Shown in pieces: positions 31,057 to 42,904 of a stretch of DNA of 64,000 bases; the first letter of the stretch is position 1; each line of letters starts with the position of its first letter. The translations under genes were made by a program, and so were the position numbers. This DNA comes from Tilletiaria anomala UBC 951 (taxonomy: Eukaryota). The notes below the pieces were generated by a model. It made no database searches, was not told the DNA's origin, and saw only the letters and a program-made list of their open reading frames with translations. Location of the stretch: assembly GCF_000711695.1 (NCBI RefSeq), contig NW_013547019.1, positions 62,001-126,000 of the forward strand. The letters run 5' to 3'.

Positions 31057-32536
31057 TCATATGCGCTTGCAAAGCTCATCCTCATACCGCCGTCGTCGAT
31101 CTGGGTCGATGATGACGAGGGCTTGCAGCAAGCGCCGCTCCTCGGCCAGGTCCTGCTGCTCATCAATCTTGCTATGAAGCGTTCTGCGCAGTGAGCGATA
31201 GTGCACTATGCTCTGCATCGACCCTGTAATGTCGATCAACAGAAACAATGTCGTGCATGAGCAAAATGTAGGGAGGAGGATGGTTGCCTGAAAACCCAAC
31301 ACGGCTGCAGCGTGACAAGCGAACACTCACACTTCGAGTCTGGTTCAATCTCGAGCAACTCCTCCACCGCTTTGATCTCCCGATCCAACACCTCCGCACG
31401 AGGGTCCTCCTCCACGAGCCAGCGATGGTACAGCCACACGCTCTGATCACTCGGATCCGTGTACATGGCCTGCTGCACCAGCTCGAACTCGCGCGCCAAG
31501 TCGTTCGCCTTGGTTAAGGCTGACGAGCCCGAGTCCGAACGGGTAGCCGCTTGTAATTGCCATTGACGCGAGTAGAGCAGCTGGCGCTGATGCCATGCGG
31601 AGAAGTTGGAAAAGTCCTTCTCGATCTTGCTGAGCGTATAGGATAGCTCCGATCTGATGAGGACGGGCGAGAGGTTCTCGGGAAAGACAGGCGGCGGCGC
31701 GCGCGCAGACGATGCGCTGCTGCTTCCATCAGTGCTGCCTGTCTCAGCAGAAGCGCGCGCGAGCTGCGTTAGGAGGTAGCGGCGGTAATTCCAACCATGG
31801 ACTGCCCATAAGAAGAGCTGTTTCTGTCAGAAAGTGGGTTCGTTGATGAGAGACAGATCTACAAGGCCCTCACAATTGCGTCCATCAAGATCGAGCATCT
31901 TGTCAACGAGCCTCATCTCCAATCGCCATTTCTGCTCGACAGCGGCAAGGCGTGCCGCCGCCGTCGCCTCCTTGCTCGTTTCTGCACCAGTGTCATCTTC
32001 CTCAGCCGTCACGGGAGCATCTGGGTATTCTTCGAGGCACCATTGGCGGTGGTTCCAAATCCAATACACCTTAGGGTGCGAGCGCAGCGCGGCTTCTGTC
32101 AGCTCCAGATCGGCGTCGAGGAGCCACCGTCTAGAGCGAGTACTGTCGGCGTGGACACCGCTTGCCTCCTCACGAGCGGCTGCGAAGAAGTCTTTTTTGG
32201 CCGCCTGGTTTAAAGATGCACTCCTCGAGTCATGCGCAAATAGGCGATCCAGAATGCGTCTTCGGAAGTTCCATGCTGTGTAATGTTCAGGATTGAACGA
32301 GAGTAGCTTGCCCGTCACCTCGAGCGAGTCTTCCGAACAGACATCAGCATCTTTCTAGAGCCGTAAGAGGTCAGAAATGAGCCATAGATTCGACCTTGCC
32401 TCAAGCAGCGCTCCCAACGCACCAATTCAAAAAAGTGCGTCTCTAATTGAAGGTATGCTTGGAGCTTGGACTGCTCTTTTACCTTTCGCTGGGCCTTGGC
32501 CTCCGCAGATAGACGCGCACGCTTGACCCCATGCAT
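31057..32536 (-). CDS. BET4: Rab geranylgeranyltransferase alpha subunit
   Basis: MHGVKR start; PPTA repeats NPEHYTAWNFRR, HPKVYWIWNHR, DFSNFSAWHQR, AMYTDPSDQSVWLYHRWL; C-terminal IDPDRRRRYED. Three introns. Confidence 0.93.
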
Positions 32537-33064
32537 TTGACCGTGGCAAATGTGCACACACGATGCAGAATTATAGCTTATTCAAAGCACTGCGTTTCTT
32601 ATCCTCGGTCACAACTGCACAGCAAATGCGTCGTTAAACTGCTGCTTCTTGCCTCTTGAGCCTTGCTGAGAAGGCGATTCCTTGATCGCACATGTGTAAA
32701 TATATATATATAGTTCCAAATTATGTGCAGCTCTCATGCATGTGTGTCAGTCCGCCGAGACCGTCCAATAAATTCTTTTTTGAAAGCCCCACGCACGCTG
32801 CCTTTTTTTCTTTTTCTTTTCCTATGGGCGCACATGATGACGAGAACGCTGCTCTATGGATGCTGGAGTCGATTACGCAGAAGAGATTGAGAGAGGGGTA
32901 GAGACTGGCAGAGAGTGGATGGCCAGAGAAAATCAAGACGAGAAATGGTGGAGCATCGAGGAGTTGCAGCTGTGGCAGTTGACTAGTCGGCTCGCCTACC
33001 ATATGTTCTCAAAGCACCTCGTTTGGTGATGCCCTGCCTCAATTTGCCCGCACATGCTGCTGCT

Positions 33065-34516
33065 TCATTCTTGGTCGAGATACAAGGCACGGCTGACCAT
33101 TCCTAGCGGAAGATCGTAGATGCCAGCAGCAAGAGGACCCTGCTCTTGGCCGGTCTCGCTGATGCGCATTCCGGCCAAGGCGCCAGGCTGAGGGAGGACA
33201 TTCGCGTGAGAGTCTGCAAAAGACAGCAAGAGGACGATCATTAAAACAAGAAGTTGAGAGCATACGCGAAATGTTTCGCAGCCCACCTGTGACCGTTCGC
33301 AGATCTTCGTGAGATGGCGTGTTGTAAATATTCAGTGCCATGAACCCAATGTACGTCAGCAATACCGTCATGAGGCTCCAAGCTGGAATGAGATACGCCC
33401 ATTCTCTGAAGCGACGACAACATAAATTTAGCGACGCTCTCCTTGATTCCCGGAAGTACCAATGGTCTTTCTCACCTATTAGGATACCACTCCACTCCCA
33501 GCCATTTTAGAGCGCTGTCAGGGAGTAGCGCCCATAAGCACCAAAGCGCCCACATGACAGTTGCAAATATGAACAGCGCGAAGCCGTAGTACTCGCCAGA
33601 CGTACGGTCGACAGGGTGCATGAGGTTCTTGTTGGTCTCTTTACCTGTGGCAAGCAGATTTGTAGTCGAATGAATGGCTGAAAGTGCAGCAATTTGCAGC
33701 AGAAATGAGCCAGATTGAGACTGTGGGAAGGGATACGGTCTCAGAGGCAGGTCGATTATCACTGAGCCTGCTCACTTACGCCGAAATTACTACGAGCCAT
33801 GATGCTCCATTCCTTGACCTTGGCAGGATCGAGAGGTTCTGCACCATCCTTCGGCCTGCCCCGATAGGTTGGCCGAAAGGCACTCCAATCTGCAGCAACC
33901 CGAACGAGCTGACCTACTGGCGTTTCTTTTGCCGCGGCAGTATTCGTGTCAAACTCCCATTCGTATGCAACAACGCTTTCCCTCCTTCCGTCTGGTCGAC
34001 TCTCCGGCACGGCCATCTTCAGTTGGATAACGTAGGAAGTCACTGGCGTGTTCCCGCCTCCTGGTTGTTTTTCTTCCGGCTGCACTGACGGAGACGGCTG
34101 CCGATATCGTAGAGCAAGCCCTCGAAATTGCTCTTGGCTAACGCTCCAAGGGAACCCGGTTGAACAAACCTGAGAGGAAAATCCTGCACCCCCCAATGTG
34201 GTCGTGTCTGGCGCAAATACAGGATCAGCATGACGAATGCAAAATGGGAATGCTGGGACAGAATGTGCAACACACCCAAGAAGCCCTCGAAGACAACTTC
34301 TCCAATGTTCTCAATGTCTTCACTAGGCTCTTTCGCCTTCTCCTTGCGTTTGACATCAGGCGTGACAGATGTTCTTATATCTTGGCCGATTAGCCTGAGT
34401 GTGCTCCGAGAACTGCCGCCACGAACCCTGTCATCCACATCGCGAAAGTCTGAAGTGATCCAATGTCGTGCGGGGGCTTTCGCCAAGCGCGGTGGTCCGT
34501 AAAGTACTGACTCCAT
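33065..34516 (-). CDS. CIA30-family domain apparently fused in frame to the PIG-P/Gpi19 subunit of GPI-GlcNAc transferase (about 393 aa)
   Basis: Exons 34516-34276, 34207-33780, 33720-33476, 33405-33287 and 33213-33065 total 1182 nt and are open. CIA30 part: VDDRVRGGSS, LDTTTLGGAGFSSQ, FRPTYRGR, SIMARSNFG|SQSGSFLLQI. PIG-P part: EYYGFALF, WYPNREWAYLIPAW, YNTPS, IYDLPLGMVSRALY. Confidence 0.8.
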
Positions 34517-34894
34517 GGCGTGTTGGATCGTCCTCTGGTGTAGGGGAAAATATGCTTGTCGCAACTTCTCCCCAGGGCCGCTCTAGCTGATGAGCCGCAA
34601 ATTGAATACTGAGGATGGATGGGGAATGTGAAATGATAGAGTGGGGGTCCTGGCACATGTCATTATTTATGGCGGTTCTCAAACCCAGAATGACGACAGA
34701 CCAACGCCCCACTCTCATATCTCGTACCAACGACCAAGCGCTCTTAGGTCTCAACTCAACAGCACCTCATCTTGCCTTCATCCGCCACAGATTTGTGCAA
34801 CACCATCTTACTCATCCAACAGTCTCGCGAAAGCGCATCTTTCCCACTTGTTTTGCACGGCCATCAACTTAAAGCTAGAGCAGCGGGAAAGACA

Positions 34895-36745
34895 ATGGCT
34901 CGTGATCCTCAGGCTCGCGAGCGCGCGAATATTTGGACTGATAGGGCCTTGCTATGGCGCTCACCGCACCGGCATCTGTACGCCATCGGGCTTGCCATTA
35001 TCACCTCCATCTGGATCGTCGAGCTCGAGGTGTTCAATCGAGCCGCTTCGACCGCTTCCTGTCCATGGCCATCTCTAACGCCCGCCTCGCAAGCCTCACG
35101 CACGAAGAGAGCAGTTGTGCCCCAAACAGACGAGCGATCGGATGAAGCCTTCCACCTACTTGTTCTCGCCGACCCGCAAATTCTGTGGACGCATGCGTAT
35201 CCAAATTTGACGCCATGGCTTCGAAGACTCCCACCATGGCTTGCAGATCATTACATTCGCAAAGTTTACCGTGCTCTTCTACGAAAATGGGACACGGACT
35301 CGTCTGAGCGAGTCGATGCGGTTGTCTGGCTTGGAGACCTCACAGATGAAGGGCGGCGCTCGCAGACGGACGAAGAGTGAGTACACAATGACATTGCCAG
35401 TAGCTAGTATGAACCATTACTGACCTCTATAATCTGAAGATGGGTGCGCATGTACGACCACTTCGACCATTTATTTCCCTTCCAGCGGTCTCAACGTCGG
35501 CGCAATTCCCACCGTGCTTCCTCAGCCGATGAACGGTTTCGTTTACTGCCCAGGCCTTCCGAGCTTCCTTTCCTCTACACGGTAGGAAATCACGATGTGC
35601 CCATTCCTCGAAAGATGGGGCAGGCCAGCGACGTAGAGTCGGACTCGCGCGCGAAACGACGCTTCACTGAGCGCTACGGGGCACCTGTGGTCAGCCAAGG
35701 CCCACAGCGCTTCCAAGCGGTCACCCCATCCGCATCTGCCAAGGCTACGCGGTCCTTAAATGCTGTTTTTCATGTGTCTGTAGGAGGGCATTCCACCACA
35801 CACGAGATCGTGCTTCTCGACGCCATGGATCTGATCGCCATGCAGCGCGATACCCGGCCGAATATTGCGCCCTACGGACAGCCTCTCGACAAGCTCGTAC
35901 GCCAAGCTTTTCCCAGCACCTATGACTTTGTTGAGTCACTCAGCAAAGAGCGATCGAAGGAGCAGCATCGGCCACGCGTGATTTTTAGCCATGTTCCACT
36001 TTGGAGGCCGACACCAGGAATCGCTGAGAACAACTGCGACATCGAAACTCGCTCACGCAAACATGGAGTGCGCAGGGAGCACCCGAGTCGTGGCTTGTAT
36101 CAAGACACGGATAGGTACGACACGTACCAAAACCTCCTCAGCAAACCGGTTTCAGATTGGATTGTGAAGAAGATTGGCTGGAGTGGTGGTGCAGTCCTCT
36201 CCGGCGATGATCACGACCACTGCGAGTATGTGCACAATGCCAGCAGTACCTCAGGCGCACTTGGCCCCACTGTGCAGGACTTCGGCAGGGAAGATCTGCC
36301 AGAACTCACGGTAAAGAGCATGTCGATGACCATGGGGGTTCGCAAGCCAGGCTTTGCCCGCATTACGCTCTTCGCGCCCAGCTCTACGCAGGACGCGACC
36401 AACCCTTCGATGGCCTACACTCCGTGTCTGCTTCCTGACCGTGTCGGCTTGTCAATCAAGGCTTACGGGATGCTCACATTATGCGGGCTCTTCGTTCTTA
36501 CAGCTGTACACAACTCAACCTTGGCATCGATTTTCGGCAAAGTCCTACCGTTCCGACTGTCGACACATCGCAAAAAGGCCTCAGACACGTACAAGCTGCT
36601 ACCTACGATGGGGAGCGGAGCTCGGGATGCACGTGCCAAGCAGGTACGGCGCAGAGTGACAGGTTTGGTTCCAGCTTTGAAGGATCTAGGACTGCTGCTG
36701 GCTCTCTTTGCCGTGTATTTTTACTTGGCAGTCGCCATATTGTGA
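34895..36745 (+). CDS. CDC1: Mn-dependent metallophosphoesterase, Cdc1/PGAP5-like (GPI remodelling)
   Basis: LVLADPQI, WLGDLTDEGR, VGNHDV, IFSHVPLWR, VLSGDDHDHCEY, TVKSMSMTMGVRKPGF; N- and C-terminal TMs. One intron about 35378-35439. Confidence 0.82.
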
Positions 36746-37007
36746 GCCATACGGAAACGATGCCTTCCACAAGTTGAGATTTGAAGCAGCCATTACCTTG
36801 CGCCATCAAGTGGAATTCACTCACCACACGTCAGAGTTGTCAGGAGCTAATCCCCCTCACCACACAAATTACGGTGAGAGCTATGGAATCCCGTGTGTCC
36901 CCGGACGCCATACCGTTTTACTCTTCGCTCTACGTGGGCTGAAGGGAAATAGAAATCAAGGATTTTTGGCAAATATGAAAAGCGATGAGTGGTTTCATGG
37001 CGGAACC

Positions 37008-37014
37008 AAAAAAA
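37008..37014 (-). terminator. Pol III terminator (T7) of the tRNA-Gly gene
   Basis: Seven T immediately after the discriminator base on the minus strand. Confidence 0.85.
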
Positions 37015-37116
37015 TACAGTAGCCGGGGTTCGAACCCGGGACCCTCACTTTATCTCGCCAATTCAGGCGCCAATGCTCATGGGAAAGTGATATCTTAACC
37101 GCTAGACCACTACTGT
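37015..37116 (-). tRNA. tRNA-Gly(CCC) with a 29-nt intron (37051-37079)
   Basis: Minus-strand cloverleaf: acceptor ACAGTAG/CTACTGT+A73, D arm GTCT-AGCGGTTA-AGAT, anticodon stem TCACT/AGTGA with loop TT-CCC-A^A, T arm CCGGG-TTCGAAC-CCCGG. Intron is at the canonical 37/38 position. Confidence 0.93.
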
Positions 37117-37384
37117 GACTGAATATGGGAGCTGTCAGTCGATGTAAATATATATCAATATAAAGAAAGGCGTTTTTCTGGAAAAAGAATGAATGCTTCT
37201 TTTCCCGTCTTGCCTCCCTCGGTCGTCACTCGCCACTCGAATTGAACACGGCGCGACTCCTTCGGGTTGTATTCGACAACTCCCCCCCTTTGAGTTCGCA
37301 GCCGAGGCTCACAGCTTACTGGCCAGCGAGAAAAGGCACCCTGATCCGTACGCCGGACGACGCCCATGTACTAGTCTCCGCAAG

Positions 37385-39201
37385 ATGGCGCACGTCCCGT
37401 ACATTTCGGTCCAGCCGACATATCCAGCTGCATTCGCTGACGTGTCTCAGTCCATTCTGCCGCAAGAAACCGCTTGGGTATCCATCTACGCTCAAAATGC
37501 ACCCAATGCTAGTGTGCATGGGAAATTGCTTTTGGAGCCGTGCGTCGCCAAGACGCGCGGCTCTGCTGAGGAGCAGAGGAACACTGCCGGTGGCGTTGCG
37601 CTCACTGTGAAGGATGGTGAATTTGCGATTGAGAGGGTCACTGGATCATATGTGAGTGATTTCCAAGATGATAGGGAATGATCCATGCTAATATGTTGCA
37701 CTTGCTCCGGCTCTACGTAGGCCGACTTCACTGTCCGAACTCCGAAAGGCAACGATGGCTCGATGACCAATTTGCAAGACCGTTCAGCACGCAAGCGCAG
37801 CAACCAGATACACGCTGGCCCAACCAAGGTCAGATTCTCTCGAAGGCACATTCAGACATGCATCAAGACGCGGGCAGGAATATCGGCCTTAGATATCAGT
37901 CCAATTTCGAACAATCTCTACGTTGTGGGTGGTGACGATGGTGCGCTCTATGTCGGCCGCACCAATCAAGGCGACCGGTGTTCAGAGAATGTGCTGCCAC
38001 AAGATGATAGCACAAGGGCAATAACTACAGGCGAGCCTCTTGACGAAGGAGAAAGGATAGAGAAGCTTGCACAAGCAAAAATGGCCGCAAGACAAGCGCA
38101 AACTGAGAGGGAAAGGGTGCTGCCTCTGACGGGTCATGTTGGAGACGTCAGAAGTGCCCGATTCTTCCCAAGCGGAGAGGGTGAGGTGCCATGCCTTGCT
38201 TGCTATCATCAACGCACTTCCAAATGTTCTTTAACTAAAATGCGCTACTTTTCTGATGCTGATTTGGGCTCTACTCATGTTTCATAGTGATTCTAACTAC
38301 CTCTTCCGACCTTACAGCGCGGATCTTCTCTGCGTTAGAGGACTCGAATCCACGCACATTCAAAGGACACAAGCGCGCCATTCTCTGCAGCGAGATTATC
38401 GATCGCGGAAGAGAAGTGCTTACGGCGGGAGCAGACGGTACTGTTCGCTTGTGGGACGTGGGTGCTAATAAACAGATAGGCCTCTTCGCCAGCGAACGCT
38501 TCAGCTCCATTAATGCACTTGTCCTTCAACGGCACTCCGCGGACGCAACCGGAGGAAACTCACAAGGCAAACTGCTTGCGACGGCTCTTTCATCGGGGAG
38601 GATCGAATTGCATGACCTGGGCGCCAGGCGGAGTGCAGCACTTATCCCCGCTCTCAAAGCATTCCCTCCTGGCTCGCCCCCTGCTGCTTCAGACATATGG
38701 GACCAATCAGCGCCCGGCCCTCTCTTCTCCCTTGATTGGGATAGCGAACGGCACATCATTGCGGCAGGCAGCAGAGAGGGTGTGATAGCACTGCATGACG
38801 ACCGGATGCTCAGCTCCTCACTCTCTTCCGGAAGTGGAAACGCGCGCGAAGGTGAGGCGACGCAAACAGACGATGCACCGTCGACGGATGGGCGCTCAAC
38901 ACCCCGGAGTCTTTTGGGCTGTTGGAGGCGTAATGGAGCCGCAATCAACGATCTGCGACTCGTCTCAAGCAATACTGCGGCAAGTAGCCTGGACATCGTC
39001 GTCGCGACATCCGACGGTCTTCCGTACCGCGCCAGCTTGCGGCCGATCCTCACAGGTCAGAGAGACGAAAACTTTAGCGTCGCCCCAGAGGTTGTCGAGG
39101 AGTACGCAGAGTGGGACTGCGATAGCGTCGAGAAAGCACGGTTGGATCCGCAAGGCAGAGTTTGGCTGGCTGGCACAGATGGATTGCTGAGGCGGTACTG
39201 A
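37385..39201 (+). CDS. RPN14: WD40 proteasome regulatory-particle assembly chaperone (Rpn14/PAAF1)
   Basis: LTGHVGDVRSARFFPSGE|VILTTSSDLTARIFS..NPRTFKGHKRAILCSEIIDRGREVLTAGADGTVRLWD; ends DGLLRRY. Two introns. Confidence 0.87.
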
Positions 39202-39455
39202 GCATTTAAAGTTTCAATTCGGGATCTGCGAAGGCACTCTGGCTCGTTGCTACTCTTATTTCCGAACGCGACCTGTCAGGAAGTGCACACTCTTGAAATT
39301 GCAATCCATTTACCAAGCGGCGCCCTTGCCTGCCTTTGAGGTCATATGGGGTGCTCGTCAAGATTCATTCAGTCTGGCGTGCCTACCCGACTCGGCGATG
39401 GCCGTCGTCCGACGATGGTGGGCAGTTCTTTCTTTTAAACCTGCTCATGTTGCCT

Positions 39456-39487
39456 GAAAGAAAGAAAGAAAGAAAGAAAGAAAGAAA
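39456..39487 (+). repeat. (GAAA)8 microsatellite
   Basis: Eight perfect GAAA units read directly. Confidence 0.9.
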
Positions 39488-40001
39488 AGGAAAAAGGTTC
39501 AGCGGGCGCTGTGCGCACGAGCCACCTGACGTTGGGGGATCCACGAGCTTGCTTTATGAACAAAGAGAAGAGCCGCTGGCAGCAGCGGCCTTTAGGCACG
39601 CTTCGCTGATCGCGGGATTGATGCATTTTGATGATGACGACGACGTTACGGCAGTAACGGTGATGGAATGGCAAGTCTCGATTGCACACGACATCCTCCA
39701 GGCGCACGCCCATCTTTCCTTTCTTCACGGGGCCTTCCTTTGCTTCCATAAAGGATCGTTGAGCCTCAAGCACGCCCACACCGCCGTCTTGTCATACACG
39801 CTTCTGCTGGTGCTGCCGCTGTCGCTGTTGTGTCCTCGTTTGCTTTCGACGATCAAGCCAGGCATTTCTGCGCGCACAAGCAGCATCAAAAAATCTTGCC
39901 TAATCACTTCTCAGTTCACCCCGGCGCGCAGCTCTTTGCACAGCAAGCCCAGGTAAGCATATCCACTCTTTAGGTCATTGTACATCAGCGAATTAGTCAA
40001 G

Positions 40002-40797
40002 ATGCCGCGCACAGCCGAGACCGCGTCGTACCGCTTCAACCACACCATGATCCGTGTGAAGGACCCCAAGGCGTCTCTGCACTTCTATTGCGACATCCTT
40101 GGCGTGAGTTGAGTTTGCCCCTGCCCGATCGCGAGCAAGCTGCGCGAAGCTGACCTCGCTCATCGGGGGTTTCGCCTTTTGCGCTCCCTCCTCGTTCCAC
40201 GCAGATGGACTTGATTGACGAGTGAGTCTGACGCGCAGGGTCATTCGAATGCATGTATTTTCAGAGAACTGAGAGGCTTTTGACGTCCAGGCACAATGCA
40301 GGTGACTTCACGCTCTACTTCCTCGGATACCAGCACCAGAAAGTTGAAAAGCGCGGAGAGCGCGAGGCACTCCTCGAGCTGACCTGGAACCATGGGACAG
40401 AGGTAAGCTTTTCAATAGTGGCTTCAGCTCATACCATCAGAGATACTAATGAGGCCACCACTGCTTGGCTCGGACCGTGCATCAACAGAACCAAGAGGGT
40501 CAAGTGTACGTCAACGGAAATGAGCAGGAGAAGCAGGGCTTCGGCCACACATGCATCGCAGTTGATGACCTGCAAACAGCTGTCAAGCGTTTCGACTCGA
40601 TGGGCGTCAAGTTCAAGAAGCGTCCCGAGGACGGCAAGATGCGCCACATCGCTTTCGTAAGTTTGCTGCGCTCGTCCGCACTTTTGAAAAACGCACCGGC
40701 TGAAACGGTGTTGGAATCGCTCTGCTTACAGATCTACGACCCTGACATGTATTGGGTGGAGATCATCGAAACCGGGACGGGCGGTACGGCAAAGTGA
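40002..40797 (+). CDS. GLO1: Lactoylglutathione lyase (glyoxalase I), single-domain form
   Basis: RFNHTMIRVKDPKASLHFYCDILG|MDLIDE|HNAGDFTLYFLGY, LLELTWNHGTE, GFGHTCIAVDD, GKMRHIAF|IYDPDMYWVEII. Four coding introns and a probable 5'UTR intron at 39953-39996. Confidence 0.95.
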
Positions 40798-41011
40798 GCA
40801 GCTCGGGAGAAAAGCAGTGCACTCCACATGTAGAAATTTGCCGTACACACTTGTACACACTTGTCATATCTAATTCTCTGCAATGTTGCCACGTCAGCGA
40901 TACCTGCTGATTCAACGAATGCAGAGACCAGAATCAAGCAGTCGTCACTTGCAAATGCCGCATGCGTCTGCTGTACGTTCTGGATTATGATGCAAATGCA
41001 GCTAATCGCCA

Positions 41012-42904
41012 TCAAGCACCGCCGAATCGTGCCAGTCTGCGCCTGCGGATCTCTTCAGGACTGATCTGCTCCACCTCTTCCGCCTCTTCTTCCTCATCGC
41101 TCTCTCCCTCTCCCTCTTCGCCCGTGGTCTTACACTTAGCGGTGGAAGCGCTCTCCTTGACGGGTGACACCTCGCCTCTCACACGACGCTCCGCCCGCTC
41201 GCGCTCTAACTGCTCCTTGGCCCGCGCCTCAGCACGCATGCGCGAGATGCGCTCAACATCGTCGGGTGCCGGCGTGTGGTACGCTTCTATGACGGCCGCA
41301 GCCGTCGCACGGGCATGTGCGACGTCCCTGTCGCCGCCACCGCCCCTACCAGCCTGCAGCCGCTCGAGCGCGGACGTGTCGCCCATGCTGGCCGCCAGCG
41401 CAGCTTGCAACGCGGCATCCTCGTCGTCGTAGACCCTGTCGCGCGCCGGGCCAATCAGTGCACTTGCTTCCGGCGCCCCGCGGATTTTGAATGGATCGAT
41501 CGAGGCGTTGTCACCTGGGAGAAGCTCATCTAAATCGTTGTCGTCGTCGAATGCATCGACGTCGATCACTGGTGCTACAGCATGCCGCATGGGCGGACGC
41601 GATGGGGCACTCGAAGAGTGCAGAAGGTCCACCTCTTCGTCATCGGCTTCGGCACCCTCAATCGTCCCACGTAGCGCGGGATGTAAAAACGGCGAGCGGC
41701 GTGAAGAGGACGCAATGACCTGGAACGTGCCGTCTCCAATATTCTCGTCTACTTCCAAGGCGTTCGGAATGCCCAATGTGCCAGTGCTACTTGTGGAGTG
41801 TGTCAGGAAGCTGTTCTGCCCTCGTCGAGGTAGTCGGCTGATGCTACTGTTCGGCGCAACTGCATTTGATCCTCGCATTGCATCTTCTCCTGCTGCGTCT
41901 CCTCGGTGAGCCTTTCTCCGCCGCCCGCCACTAGCGCTGGGTTGCCCAGCTCGGTTTGCTGGTGTATGCGGAGAGGCGGTACCTGAGCGTGAGCCTGAGC
42001 GTGATGAAGATGCAGATGTCCGCAAAGCGCTGGTCCTTGAAGCATCAACAGCAGAATTATGTTGCCGGGCTCTGGTTGCGCTGGTACTCTCCTCGGAATC
42101 TGCAGGTATGTCCCGCAGAGAAGCCTGCAAGGCGGCCTGCAGTTCCGCATCGTCGTCGTCGCCAGTTAAGTCGATCTGCTCGGTAGCGGGGTGCAGACCT
42201 TGTGCGGAGGGATCGCCAGAAGGTTTGGAGGAAGATGCCATCTCCGGCGGGATGGCGTCCGCCACTTCGTCAGCCTGCGATACGTAAAAAGATTGTTCGC
42301 CGACCGAGTCGTCGGCTGGTCGGATAGCAAATACGGAATATCGCTCGTTCTCGGCCGCACGCAGCAGCTCGCTTAGGTAGAAGTTGCCGACATACTGCGG
42401 CTTCTTGAAGAAAGAGTTGAGATTGAACCAGTATTTTGCGCGTGGGCCAAAGCTCCTGATGGTGAACCAGTGCGACTCAAAGTTCAGAACGAACGCTAGC
42501 TGCGACGTCTCTGGATTTGAATGGAATGGTACCATCTCGGCGCTGCGCCATCGGACCATCTTCAAGCTCCAAGCTTGTAGCGCAGCTTCCACAACGCCTA
42601 CAGAAAAGAAGCCAGAGTCGTCCATATTGAGGTTGGATTGATCATTCCGTCTATGCGCGAATTCGTTCATGTCCAGCTGTGCAGCCTCCAGAGAATCGAG
42701 CTGGGTGGCAATGTCGGCTAGCTGGGCGGCATCGTAGATGTTGCGCTGTAGCAAGGCGTTGAGACAGTGCTGAGCGCAGAGCATCGAGCCTGGCTCCTGG
42801 CGCTCTGCGGATGTGCATTTCAATCTGTAAGCATCGGATTAAGTCACGACATTTGACCCATCAAACTCACCATGATGAATGTATTGCAACAGTGCCTCCG
42901 CCAT
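41012..42904 (-). CDS. Ataxin-3-like deubiquitinase (Josephin domain plus UIMs)
   Basis: MAEALLQYIHH|ERQEPGSMLCAQHCLNALLQ, NMDDSGFFS, SHWFTIR, WFNLNS. UIMs DAELQAALQASL and EDAALQAALAASM; C-terminal EEIRRRRLARF. Confidence 0.92.

Noticed and set aside
39336..39956. 206-aa ORF upstream of GLO1 as an N-terminal extension
   Set aside because: It spans a microsatellite and is out of frame with GLO1 after the 39953-39996 intron; the GLO1 frame has a stop just upstream.
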